Positions 13,201 through 21,797 of a stretch of 64,000 nt of DNA are shown here, piece by piece. The position numbers and the translations under genes were made by a program. How positions within the stretch are numbered: the stretch's first letter is position 1; each line of letters begins with the position of its first letter. The DNA is from Planctomycetota bacterium (lineage in GTDB: Bacteria > Planctomycetota > SZUA-567 > H5-PLA8): the NCBI GenBank assembly GCA_045863855.1, contig BTVV01000007.1:1-64000 (forward strand), written 5' to 3'. The notes under the pieces were generated by a model, which did no database searches, was not told where the DNA came from, and worked only from the letters and a program-made list of their open reading frames with translations.

Positions 13201-14102
13201 TGGGAGAGGTTTCGCGCGCCACGCAGATGGCCCAGGCCGCGGCCCAGAACGAGAGCCGCGCGCGGCAGGCGGCGAAAGACTACTTCGGCCTCGCGCGCCT
13301 GATGGGCGCACTTCAGGATTACGACCGTGCGGAGCAGTCCCTCAGCTTCGTGCCGATCAGCGGAGCCGACCGGGATCCGGCGTACGTCGATGGCCGCTAT
13401 TACGTCCTCAAAGCGCATTTAGCGCGCGCCAAGAACGATCCGAAAGCCAGCGCGGATCACCTCAAATTGGCGGCGCAGCACCTGGCCGGCGCCACCGCGC
13501 CGGCTCCGCGCCCGCCGGCGCCGCCCGTGGGCACCGGCCGCCGCCAACCGCCTCCGCCGCCCGCGCGGCCGGCCGTGGACGAAGAAGGTATTCAAGCCGA
13601 GATCGCTCAGGCACAGACTTGGCTGAACGACCTCGAGGCCGCCCGTGCGCGGGCCGAGGTGTTGCTCGAAAAACAGAAGAACGGTAAGACCGAGTTCCTC
13701 ACGGCCGACGAATCCTGGGAACTGATTCAACTTCTGGCCGGTCCGCTGTTCCGAGAACTGGATGCGTACGCGCAGCTCCAGGTTTTCCGGCAGGCCTATC
13801 CCGAACACGCGGCCCATCAGGACGGCGAATCGCTGTGGCGCTACGCCAAACTGCAGGCGCGCTACGGGATCTGGACGGAAGCCGTCCGCAACGTCCAAAC
13901 GGTCCGCGAAAAGCACGAAGCGCTGGCCCCGGTGGCCGAAGGACAGGCCCACTGGATCGAAGCCGACGTGCGCATGCGGCTGGGCGATTACGCCGGAGCC
14001 ATGTCGCTCCTCGAAGCGCTATCCCTGCGCTTTCCCAATCATTGGGCAGTCAAATCCGGCGAAGCGGATAAGCTGATCGCGGTCTGCCGCAAGAAACGCT
14101 GA
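10215..14102 (+). CDS. Membrane-anchored Hanks-type Ser/Thr protein kinase with a large helical/TPR-like C-terminal region
   Basis: GQGAMG, VALK, HRDIKPDN, DLGLAK, GTPAYMSPE motifs; TM helix (ITVLILAAVAIVAGAVLF); helical repeats at the C-terminus. Confidence 0.9.
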   Translation: MAEQPSKSSSPKASATGLNKVSASGSRNRSVPGETPRKIQIEGYEIIEKVGQGAMGAVYKARQVAMDRIVALKLLPPRLAKDPKFIENFYAEARASAKLNHTNVVAGIDVGESGGLHYFAMEFVEGESALAKLKREGALKAEDALGIAIKITEALEHAHKHRLVHRDIKPDNILLDRGGAIKLADLGLAKSNSEDENDADTLTSGKKAVGTPAYMSPEQAKAQDDIDIRADVYSLGATLYQLLTKNYIFTGRSREVMKKQVRGVALSILTIKPSLDPGLVYVIEKCLCKDREDRYAEPSELLEDLQRLKRGEVPEAALEELGPSSMSSTAAAIKEFGIKYPPPDALKRTSRTMRPPKRRPRRAGFTRVGLPNEAPDAKPSNKVVQPEPKKPVPPADTEDDGSDSDAASPVKGLIPVEPKKRPSERLTDSSKRIPAAELKSKAGSSATRVPVAEPEGKRKGSSIHRIKPPHLGGGKSDSSASRLRVGSQIKAKGSSSTIQRTAPRALRPVRQSGSSMITVLILAAVAIVAGAVLFSSSSVRPQSNDPDREAETTNSNATDNPGTQQSAAKVKVAEFDAWIAELPPDADSTALVALSDRLHSAGVTEKHPEVQQAAKSRWADVQKRLEESERKALEPRLAESRKASGMPDFRAALAALNAAGAEYRSEAVRAEHDAAVAQVQEKAAEWWKALEGQLEQAEKKQAEALDEKLAQAEKILPENLAEHVKAARVKMAARLAALTAESERNEFEQRRTAALALKANPAGWLQAETDLKALAGDVRFTVRVAELKPLLDDLEAPAALVRQARASLPVLKAGDRIHWYLDGAQPQAGRILGIEKDKVKLSLGSAERTVDLSALAPDDLLAVADAESHPAPQRVLWHTGALRLLLEIKEGKRAKAVLDRATKIPNALSDPRLQGLLPQLEPLVADAKGDELTAKLAEVRTHIAELRTPAARKLWTDLQREFPDAEAVKQQADELNGLIEEAEKRTALVDKLKGSLGEVSRATQMAQAAAQNESRARQAAKDYFGLARLMGALQDYDRAEQSLSFVPISGADRDPAYVDGRYYVLKAHLARAKNDPKASADHLKLAAQHLAGATAPAPRPPAPPVGTGRRQPPPPPARPAVDEEGIQAEIAQAQTWLNDLEAARARAEVLLEKQKNGKTEFLTADESWELIQLLAGPLFRELDAYAQLQVFRQAYPEHAAHQDGESLWRYAKLQARYGIWTEAVRNVQTVREKHEALAPVAEGQAHWIEADVRMRLGDYAGAMSLLEALSLRFPNHWAVKSGEADKLIAVCRKKR

Positions 14103-14266
14103 TTTTGCCAAATCCGTTCAACTCCATCCTTGCGTTCCAAGGCTGAAATTTGGATATTAGTACTCGCTATCGGGTTTGGACCTTTTGGGTGTCCGGGCGC
14201 GCGGTGACGCACGTTCCCGGCAAACCCCAGGCATGGCCGTACCTGCTTCGAGGGCGTGACCGAGAG

Positions 14267-16210
14267 ATGGACAGTAAACCCCATGCACCCGGCAAGCGCT
14301 CCCATCCAGAGCCCGTCTCGTCCTCTCGTTTCGACAGCCAGTTGCAGACCTTTTTGAGCGAGTTGCCGTTCGCGCTGGCCATTTTCGATACGCAGATGCG
14401 CTACCTGCTGGCCACACCGCGCTGGATCAGCGACTACAAGCTGGATGGAATCCCGTTGCTGGGTCGAAGCCACTACGAAGTGTTTCCGCATATTCCGGAA
14501 CATTGGCGCGAGATTCACCGGCGCGTATTGGCCGGCGCCACCGAGTCGGCGGCCGAAGACTCTTGGACGCTGCCCGACGGCCGGCGCCAATGGCTGCGCT
14601 GGGACGCGCGGCCCTGGTTCGACGAATCGGGCCAAATCGGCGGCGAGATCCTGTTCACCGAGGACATCACCAAGCGCAAGGAATCCGAACTGCGCTTGGC
14701 TTACCACGCGCGCCTGCTCGAGCAGGTCAGCGATGCGGTCATCGGCCTCGATAACGAATTCCGCATCACGGCGTTGAACCGTGCCGCGGAAGACTTATAC
14801 GGCTGGCCGCTGGATGAAATTCTGGGCAAAGACATCCAAGCGGTGGTTCGAAGCGAACTCTCGGCGCAGGAATTTCAGCGTTTTCGAAGCGAACTGGATT
14901 CCGCGGGGCATGCGCGATTCGAGTGGCTCCAGAAGCGGCGCGACGGCAAACCCATCCTCGTGGAAGGCCAAAGCCTGGCCTTGCGCGAAGCGTCGGGGCA
15001 GATCAGCGGGTTCGTAACCGTAAACCGGGATGTGACCGAACAGCGGCAGCTCGAGGAAGAACTGCGCCAATCGCAAAAGATGGAAGCCGTCGGTCGGCTG
15101 GCCGGAGGTGTGGCGCACGATTTCAACAACCTGCTCACCGTTATTTTGGGCTACACCACCCTGATCCGAACGCGAAACGATCTTCCGGAGGACGTTCAAA
15201 AGCAAGTGGGGCTGATCCAGGAAACGGGGCAGCGCGCCGCGAGCCTGACCAAGCAACTGCTCCAGTTCAGCAGGCGGCAGGTCCAGAAACCGCGCACGCT
15301 GAACCTTAACGCCGCCATCGTCGAGATGGAAGCCATGTTGCGCAAGCTGATGGGCGAGAATTGCCATTTGGAACTGCCCGATCCCGGCGAGCCGGCCACC
15401 GTGCGGGTAGATCCCAGCCAGCTCCAGCAGGTATTGATGAATCTGGCCGTGAATGCCCGCGACGCCATGCCGCAAGGCGGAACGTTGAGCTTTTCCACCG
15501 GCGAGACGCAGTTGGATTCCGAAGCGGTGCGGACCTGGCCCGGGATCGTGCCCGGTCCGTTCGTGACGCTGCACGTTCGCGATACGGGCTGCGGAATGGA
15601 CGAAGTCACGCAGCGCCGGATCTTCGAACCGTTCTTCACCACCAAAGCGCCGGGTAAGGGCACCGGCCTGGGACTCTCGACGGCCTACGGCATCGTGACT
15701 CAGAGCGGCGGGGGGATTCAGGTCGAAAGCGCTCCAGGGCGCGGCACGACTTTTTCCATTTACCTCCCCAAAGCCACCGCCACTCCGGCCATGCCGTTGC
15801 CTGCAACCCCGGGGCCCAAGCAACCCGCATCGAACAAGGCGACCTTGCTGCTGGTGGAAGACGAGCAGGATGTTCGAGAACTCCTCGCGGAGGTCTTGCG
15901 CAACGCGGGGTTCGAAGTGCTGGTGGCCCATCAGGGGCAGGCCGCATTGGATACCATGGCCGCGTACCCTGGCCGCATCGATTTGCTCGTCACCGATGTG
16001 GTCATGCCGGGAATGGGCGGCCAGGAGCTGGCCGAGAAAGCCCGGTTGCGCTATCCGGGCGTCAAAGTGCTCTTCATTTCCGGCTATACGCAGGAACGGA
16101 TTCTCGAGCACGGCGAACTGAAGGCCGGATTGCATCTGCTCGAGAAGCCATTCGCCCCCGCGGCACTGGTGGAGCGGGTACGCGACCTGCTCGCGCAAGA
16201 CGATGCATAA
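14267..16210 (+). CDS. Hybrid sensor histidine kinase (2 PAS + HisKA + HATPase + receiver)
   Basis: PAS domains; [36 protein letters not shown]...GTGLGL; receiver LLVEDE...TDVVMP...KPF. Confidence 0.92.
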   Translation: MDSKPHAPGKRSHPEPVSSSRFDSQLQTFLSELPFALAIFDTQMRYLLATPRWISDYKLDGIPLLGRSHYEVFPHIPEHWREIHRRVLAGATESAAEDSWTLPDGRRQWLRWDARPWFDESGQIGGEILFTEDITKRKESELRLAYHARLLEQVSDAVIGLDNEFRITALNRAAEDLYGWPLDEILGKDIQAVVRSELSAQEFQRFRSELDSAGHARFEWLQKRRDGKPILVEGQSLALREASGQISGFVTVNRDVTEQRQLEEELRQSQKMEAVGRLAGGVAHDFNNLLTVILGYTTLIRTRNDLPEDVQKQVGLIQETGQRAASLTKQLLQFSRRQVQKPRTLNLNAAIVEMEAMLRKLMGENCHLELPDPGEPATVRVDPSQLQQVLMNLAVNARDAMPQGGTLSFSTGETQLDSEAVRTWPGIVPGPFVTLHVRDTGCGMDEVTQRRIFEPFFTTKAPGKGTGLGLSTAYGIVTQSGGGIQVESAPGRGTTFSIYLPKATATPAMPLPATPGPKQPASNKATLLLVEDEQDVRELLAEVLRNAGFEVLVAHQGQAALDTMAAYPGRIDLLVTDVVMPGMGGQELAEKARLRYPGVKVLFISGYTQERILEHGELKAGLHLLEKPFAPAALVERVRDLLAQDDA

Positions 16211-16322
16211 CGTCATGCTTCCGGTGGCGCCAATACTCTATCCTTATCGCACGGGTGCGTTGTGGGCTGGCGGAGTTTACGGCCTCGCTTAATCTGGTTA
16301 TTCTCTCGATGGAGGAGGCGTC

Positions 16323-17222
16323 GTGAATACCCGCGAGATCGCGATCGGCAGCACCAAGCTGGGCGGCGACAACCCGCTGTTCCTCATCGCCGGCCCCTGC
16401 GTCATCGAGAGCGCCCAACTCTGCCTGGATACGGCGCACCGGCTTAAGGAAATCGCCAAGCAGACCGGAATCTCCCTGGTCTTTAAGGCTTCCTTCGACA
16501 AGGCCAATCGTTCGGCGGTGACCAGTTTCCGCGGCGGGGGCCAGAAGGAAGGGCTGGAGGTGCTTGCGGCCGTGCGTAAGGAAGTCGGGGTGCCGGTACT
16601 GACCGACATTCACGAGCCGCACCAGGCCGAACCGGTGGCCGAGGTCGTCGATATCCTCCAGATTCCCGCCATGCTCTGCCGCCAGACCGACCTGCTGGTC
16701 GCGGCCGGCGAGACGGGCAAGCCGGTGAACGTGAAGAAGGGGCAATTCATGGCCCCCGGCGATATGCGCAACGTCGTCGATAAGATCAAGTCCACCGACA
16801 ACGAAGACATCATGCTGACTGAACGCGGAAGCTGTTTCGGCTACCACTACCTGGTCAACGACATGCGCGCGCTCCCGTCGATGCGGATGCTGGGGTATCC
16901 GGTCGTCTTCGACGCCACGCATTCGGTCCAATTGCCCGGCGGGCTGGGCGACCGGAGCGGCGGCGACCGCCAATTCGTGCCGCCGCTGGCGCGCGCGGCG
17001 GTGGCCACCGGCGTCGACGGCTTGTTCCTGGAAGTCCATCCCGACCCGGATCACGCCAAGTCCGACGGACCCAACATGCTCAAGATCGACGATTTGGGTT
17101 CGCTGCTGGAACTCCTGGTGCGCATTCATAAGGAAGTCCGCGCATTCCTGGCGGCCGAACAGTTCGACCCGCGCCCGCTGCGTCCCGGCGCGGGGCATAC
17201 TTTGATTCAACGAGTGGAGTAG
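16323..17222 (+). CDS. kdsA: KDO-8-phosphate synthase
   Basis: [56 protein letters not shown]. Confidence 0.97.
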   Translation: MNTREIAIGSTKLGGDNPLFLIAGPCVIESAQLCLDTAHRLKEIAKQTGISLVFKASFDKANRSAVTSFRGGGQKEGLEVLAAVRKEVGVPVLTDIHEPHQAEPVAEVVDILQIPAMLCRQTDLLVAAGETGKPVNVKKGQFMAPGDMRNVVDKIKSTDNEDIMLTERGSCFGYHYLVNDMRALPSMRMLGYPVVFDATHSVQLPGGLGDRSGGDRQFVPPLARAAVATGVDGLFLEVHPDPDHAKSDGPNMLKIDDLGSLLELLVRIHKEVRAFLAAEQFDPRPLRPGAGHTLIQRVE

Positions 17223-17331
17223 GCCGGGGGAGCGGCGAGCGTCCGCTGGAGCCGGACGCGCCGTAGACCGCTCGCGTGCCGTACGAAAGACCCCCTCGCC
17301 GAACTTACTTCTTTCAATACACTGCGCGTCC

Positions 17332-18708
17332 ATGGACTACACCCAAGCCCAAGCTTACCTGGACAGCTTCGTGAACTACGAGCGAAGTGTGCCCGTACGC
17401 AAGGATCGCGGCGCGTTCACCTTGAAGCGCATCGAGGAACTGGCCGCGCGCCTGGGGCAGCCGCATTTGGCTTACCCGACCTTGCACGTGGCGGGCACAA
17501 AGGGGAAAGGCTCCTGCTGCGCCTTCGCCGCATCGATCCTGCGCGCGGCGGGGCTCAAAGTGGGACTCTATTCGTCGCCGCACCTCGTCGACCTGCGCGA
17601 ACGGATCACCGTCAACGGCCACTGGATCGAAGAAAGCGCTTTCGTTGACCTTTTGGAGCAGTGCCGGCCGCACCTGGAGGAGATGCGCGCACGCAAGGAC
17701 GGTTCGCGGCGGCCCACCTATTTCGAGATCATGACGCATCTGGCGTTTCTGTACTTTGCGCGGGAGCGCGTGGACGTGGCGGTGATCGAAGTCGGCTTGG
17801 GCGGGCGGCTGGACGCCACGAGCATCGTCCAGCCCGTAGCCTGCGGAATTACCCAGATCAGCTTTGACCACATGGCGTTTCTGGGCGATACGCTGGATCT
17901 CATCGCGCGGGAAAAGGCGGGGATCTTCAAAGCCGGGGTGCCGGCGACGAGCGCGCCGCAAGCACCGGAGGCCGCCGCGGCTCTTCAATCCGCCGCGCAA
18001 GAGCGCGGGACGCCCTTGGAATGCGTGGGCCGGGATCTGGAATTAAGCACCCGGCTGCGGCCGTTCGAGCCAGATTCCGCCCCGCTGCGGCAGACGGAAG
18101 CGACGCTGCAATCGCCCGCCGAAGGCTGGCGCTTCCAAGCGCGGCTGGGTTTGGCGGGAACCTACCAATCCGAAAATTGGGCGGTGGCGGTCCGCTTGGC
18201 GCAGCGCTACTGGCTTAAGCATCGCACCGGCACACTTCCGGCGGCGGCGGTCCAGCAAGGCAGCGCGGAGGTGCACTGGCCGGGGCGGCTGGAGTTCATC
18301 CCGCGTGAAGCCGGGCAACCGCTGCTCTTTTTGGACGGTGCGCACAATGAAGCCTCTATGGACCGTGCACTCGGTGCGCTGCGCGAATTGCGTCCGGACC
18401 GCTCGCGCTTGGTCGTGGTTCTCGGATGCGCAAAAGATAAGGATCATGTGGCGATCTTGAAGGCCGTGGCTCGGCACGCGGATGCACTGGTGCTTACTCA
18501 ATCCCAGAACCCGCGCGCGCGAAGCCCCGAAGAATTGACTTCAACTTGGCTGGAGCTTACTGGAAGGTCTGCCCCCGCCTATGCTTCTGTGGAAGAAGCG
18601 CTATCTGAAGCCGATCGGTTGGCGGGTGATGGCAGCGGGTTAGTGGCGGTGACGGGGTCTTTATATCTCGTGGGCTTGGTGCGGCGGAAGATGAATAAGA
18701 GACCTTGA
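17332..18708 (+). CDS. folC: Folylpolyglutamate synthase / dihydrofolate synthase
   Basis: HVAGTKGKGS, YSSPHL, TYFE, EVGLGGRLDAT, WPGRLE, LDGAHN, GSLYLVG. Confidence 0.95.
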   Translation: MDYTQAQAYLDSFVNYERSVPVRKDRGAFTLKRIEELAARLGQPHLAYPTLHVAGTKGKGSCCAFAASILRAAGLKVGLYSSPHLVDLRERITVNGHWIEESAFVDLLEQCRPHLEEMRARKDGSRRPTYFEIMTHLAFLYFARERVDVAVIEVGLGGRLDATSIVQPVACGITQISFDHMAFLGDTLDLIAREKAGIFKAGVPATSAPQAPEAAAALQSAAQERGTPLECVGRDLELSTRLRPFEPDSAPLRQTEATLQSPAEGWRFQARLGLAGTYQSENWAVAVRLAQRYWLKHRTGTLPAAAVQQGSAEVHWPGRLEFIPREAGQPLLFLDGAHNEASMDRALGALRELRPDRSRLVVVLGCAKDKDHVAILKAVARHADALVLTQSQNPRARSPEELTSTWLELTGRSAPAYASVEEALSEADRLAGDGSGLVAVTGSLYLVGLVRRKMNKRP

Positions 18709-18743
18709 AGTCTTTATATGGACGGCCTTTATCGGTGTTTTTC

Positions 18744-18773
18744 TTGACGCAAACCCCAGGAGGCCGCTAGAGT
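18744..18773 (+). promoter_or_regulatory. Putative sigma70 promoter of the cytochrome operon
   Basis: TTGACG-N18-TAGAGT in the intergenic region about 155 nt upstream of 18928. Confidence 0.45.
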
Positions 18774-18927
18774 CTGAACATCTCAATGCGCATGCCCTAT
18801 TGCACCGCCCGAAGTGAGGGCCTCAGGGCGCTTTGTGTCGGCTCGATGTGGAGTCTACGCCAACCTGAGGTGCTAAGCCGCCGGTGCCGGGGTCACGAGC
18901 AGGAGCTTAGTCTGGGGAGAGCTTCCG

Positions 18928-19890
18928 GTGCTCATCGATAAGAGCCATCGTAGTTGGATTACGTTCACGGTCGTCGCTTTCGTCGTGGCCGCCGCTTACT
19001 ACACGTTCTACAGCCAGGCCGCTTACCGCGGCGGGGGTAACGGTCCGTCCGGCGGAAGCTGGTCGGGGCTGACCTTCGGCATCATCGGGTACGCGATGAT
19101 GATCTTCTGCGGCTTGCTGGGGGTGCGTAAGCATTTCCGGATCTGGCGGCTGGGGCGTGTGCAAGGGTGGCTGCGGGCGCATATCTGGCTGGGCTTGCTG
19201 GCCTATCCGCTGATCCTCTTCCACGCCGGATTGAAGTTCGGAAACGGCGTTAGCTTCTGGCTGATGGTGCTCTTCACGATCGTCCTCGTCAGCGGCATCT
19301 TCGGGATTGTCATGCAAAATCTGGTCCCACGCACGATGCTGGACCGGCTGCCGGCGGAGAGCACGTTCGAGCAGATTCCGCAGGTGATCGAAACGCTTCG
19401 GCGCGAAGCCGACCGGTTGGTGGGGAACTTCTGCGGGCCGCTGGGCGTGGAAACGGCGGAACCCGAGGAAGCGGACCGTATGCCGGGCGGCATGTCCGGA
19501 ACGGTGCGCACGCAAGGCGCCGTGAAAGGCCGCGTGGCGCATGCCCGTGGCGGCGGGTCGGGCGGACCGGTGGAAGGCAGCGGGCCGCTCAAGGCGTTTT
19601 ACCTGGAAGTGATCCGCCCGTTCCTGGGCCGCGAGTACTCCGAAGAAACGAAGCTGGCGATTCCGCAAAGCAGCATGGCGCTCTTCGAGCACACGCGCAC
19701 GCTGCTGCCGGCGGCGCTGCACGAGCCGTTGCGCGACCTGGAATCGATCTGCGAAGAACGGCGCCAGTTGAAACTCCAGGAACGCTTGCATTTCTGGCTG
19801 CACTGCTGGCTCTTCCTGCACGCGCCGCTCTCGTACGCTCTGCTGGTGCTTTCGGCGTTCCATGCCGTGAAGGCGACGTTCTACTACTAA
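18928..19890 (+). CDS. Polytopic inner-membrane protein, probable di-heme b (ferric-reductase-like TM domain)
   Basis: About 5 TM segments; two helices each carry a His pair 14 residues apart (HIWLGLLAYPLILFH; HAPLSYALLVLSAFH); GTG start. Confidence 0.6.
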   Translation: MLIDKSHRSWITFTVVAFVVAAAYYTFYSQAAYRGGGNGPSGGSWSGLTFGIIGYAMMIFCGLLGVRKHFRIWRLGRVQGWLRAHIWLGLLAYPLILFHAGLKFGNGVSFWLMVLFTIVLVSGIFGIVMQNLVPRTMLDRLPAESTFEQIPQVIETLRREADRLVGNFCGPLGVETAEPEEADRMPGGMSGTVRTQGAVKGRVAHARGGGSGGPVEGSGPLKAFYLEVIRPFLGREYSEETKLAIPQSSMALFEHTRTLLPAALHEPLRDLESICEERRQLKLQERLHFWLHCWLFLHAPLSYALLVLSAFHAVKATFYY

Positions 19891-19935
19891 GCGGTGGCAG
19901 CTTTGCGCGCAGGACCATGAATCCCGAGGTGAGGC

Positions 19936-21702
19936 ATGTCCCGAGACGTAACCGCCGATAAGCTGACGACGCAGCAGAAGGCCCGCGCGCAGCGAGTGGA
20001 CCGCAGCTACCACGCGCGTCCGCATCCGTGGCGCAGCATGTACAAGACGCTCAACTGGCTGTTCTTCCTGGCCGCCGGTTTGGGCATGGCGGCGTTGCTC
20101 TATACCAAAACCGGGGACAACGTGTACTTGCCCGGACCGGTGAGCAGCAAGCACGCGATTTTCGGGCATCGCTGCATCGAATGCCACGAAAGCGGTCCTA
20201 ACGGCTGGGGCAAGGTGACCGACGCGAAGTGTCTGAGCTGCCATGACGGTCCGGCGCACCATCTCAACATGGTCCACCCCGGCGGGCACACGATGACCGT
20301 GATGCGCGGCGGCAAACCCGTGCAGGTCCAGACGGCCACCTGCGCGAGCTGCCACGTCGAGCACAAGGGTCATGCCGAACTTGCCGCCACGGCCGACCGC
20401 CATTGCACGCAGTGCCACGAAAACCTGCAAGTCTCCGATGGCGGAGCGAAGTTCTTCGCCAAGGTGACCGACTTCGGGACGCTCGACGGGCACCCCGAAT
20501 TCCGCATGTTCACCGATAAGGAAAAGGACACGACGCCGCTGAAGTACAACCACAAAGCGCATATGGAAGTGAAGTGGTCGGACGACCAGATCAAGCAGCG
20601 CATGGGCCTGGAAGCGGGCTTCAAGAAGGTGGCCGGCGCGACGCTGGATTGCTTCGACTGCCACGCACCCGACGCTCAGCGCGCCTACATGGCGCCGGTG
20701 AACTTCGAGATGCACTGCCAGATGTGCCACCCGCTGCAGCTCGCGCCGATCGCGAACATTGGCGACGTGCCGCTGCCGCACGCGCAGTCCGACCTCGTCG
20801 CAGCCAAGGTTGGCGCGGCCTTCAAGGATTACCTGATCAAATCCGGCGGGAAGCTGCCCCCCAAGAAGGTCAAGAATCCCAAGTACAAGAAACCGCGCCC
20901 GGGCCAGAAGCCCACGGAGCCCGAGTTCATCGAGTCGCCGGACGACCGCCCCGTCGAGGAATGGCTCAACGAAAACGTGAAGGCCACGCTGGAACCGATG
21001 TTCAAGGACGGCGGCACGTGCGCCTACTGCCATGAAGTGAACGGGAAGGTGCCGGGCACCGACCTGCCGCTGTACGTCGATCCGCAGGTGCCGCGAAGCT
21101 GGTTCCCGCGCAACCCGGCGCATGCCAAGTCGCCCAAGAGTGTCTTCTTCGACCACGAGAGCCACCGTGTGCTGAAATGCACCGAATGCCACGTGCAAGC
21201 GGCGCAGAGCACCACGACGGCGGACATCCTGATCCCCAGCCGCGATAAGTGCCTCAAGTGCCACTCGCCGCAGGGCGGGGCGCGTTCGGGCTGCGTGGAA
21301 TGCCACCTGTACCACGATAAGTCCTTCTCGAACTTCATCGGCATGCGCACGATCCTGGAACTGGAACAAGGGACGGATATGGGCGGCGTCCCGGCGGGCA
21401 AGATCGTCTCGCGCGACGTAGGCGGCGGCGATGCGCCCGAGCCGGCGGCCAAGACCGAAGCCAAGACCGAAGAAGCGCCGGCGGCCAAAACCGAAGCCGC
21501 CAAGACGGAAGCGGCTCCCGCAGCTAAAACCGAGGCCGTCAAGACCGAAGCTGCCAAGACCGAAGCGCCAGCCGCTGCACCGGCCAAGACCGAAGGCGTT
21601 GGCGTGCAGGCGGGCAATTCGATTCTTTGTCCCAACTGCAGCCTGCGTTGGCCGGGCAAGACGAAGTTCTGCTCGCGCTGCGGGACGCAGTTACAGCAGT
21701 AA
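19936..21702 (+). CDS. Membrane-anchored decaheme c-type cytochrome with a KTE-repeat linker and C-terminal zinc-ribbon-like motif
   Basis: 10 CxxCH (CIECH, CLSCH, CASCH, CTQCH, CFDCH, CQMCH, CAYCH, CTECH, CLKCH, CVECH); N-terminal TM helix; tail CPNC...CSRCG. Confidence 0.9.
   Translation: MSRDVTADKLTTQQKARAQRVDRSYHARPHPWRSMYKTLNWLFFLAAGLGMAALLYTKTGDNVYLPGPVSSKHAIFGHRCIECHESGPNGWGKVTDAKCLSCHDGPAHHLNMVHPGGHTMTVMRGGKPVQVQTATCASCHVEHKGHAELAATADRHCTQCHENLQVSDGGAKFFAKVTDFGTLDGHPEFRMFTDKEKDTTPLKYNHKAHMEVKWSDDQIKQRMGLEAGFKKVAGATLDCFDCHAPDAQRAYMAPVNFEMHCQMCHPLQLAPIANIGDVPLPHAQSDLVAAKVGAAFKDYLIKSGGKLPPKKVKNPKYKKPRPGQKPTEPEFIESPDDRPVEEWLNENVKATLEPMFKDGGTCAYCHEVNGKVPGTDLPLYVDPQVPRSWFPRNPAHAKSPKSVFFDHESHRVLKCTECHVQAAQSTTTADILIPSRDKCLKCHSPQGGARSGCVECHLYHDKSFSNFIGMRTILELEQGTDMGGVPAGKIVSRDVGGGDAPEPAAKTEAKTEEAPAAKTEAAKTEAAPAAKTEAVKTEAAKTEAPAAAPAKTEGVGVQAGNSILCPNCSLRWPGKTKFCSRCGTQLQQ
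21448..21594 (+). repeat. Low-complexity (A)KTE peptide repeats, 8 copies
   Basis: Recurrent gccaagaccgaa-like units encoding AKTE/KTE. Confidence 0.8.
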
Positions 21703-21797
21703 CCGGAACTGAATAAGCCTCCGGTCGTGGCGTCGAGCCCTTCAGGGGGCCGGCGAGAGCCGGTTCGAGTGCGACCTTTTTTGGAGCGTCCGAGGCC

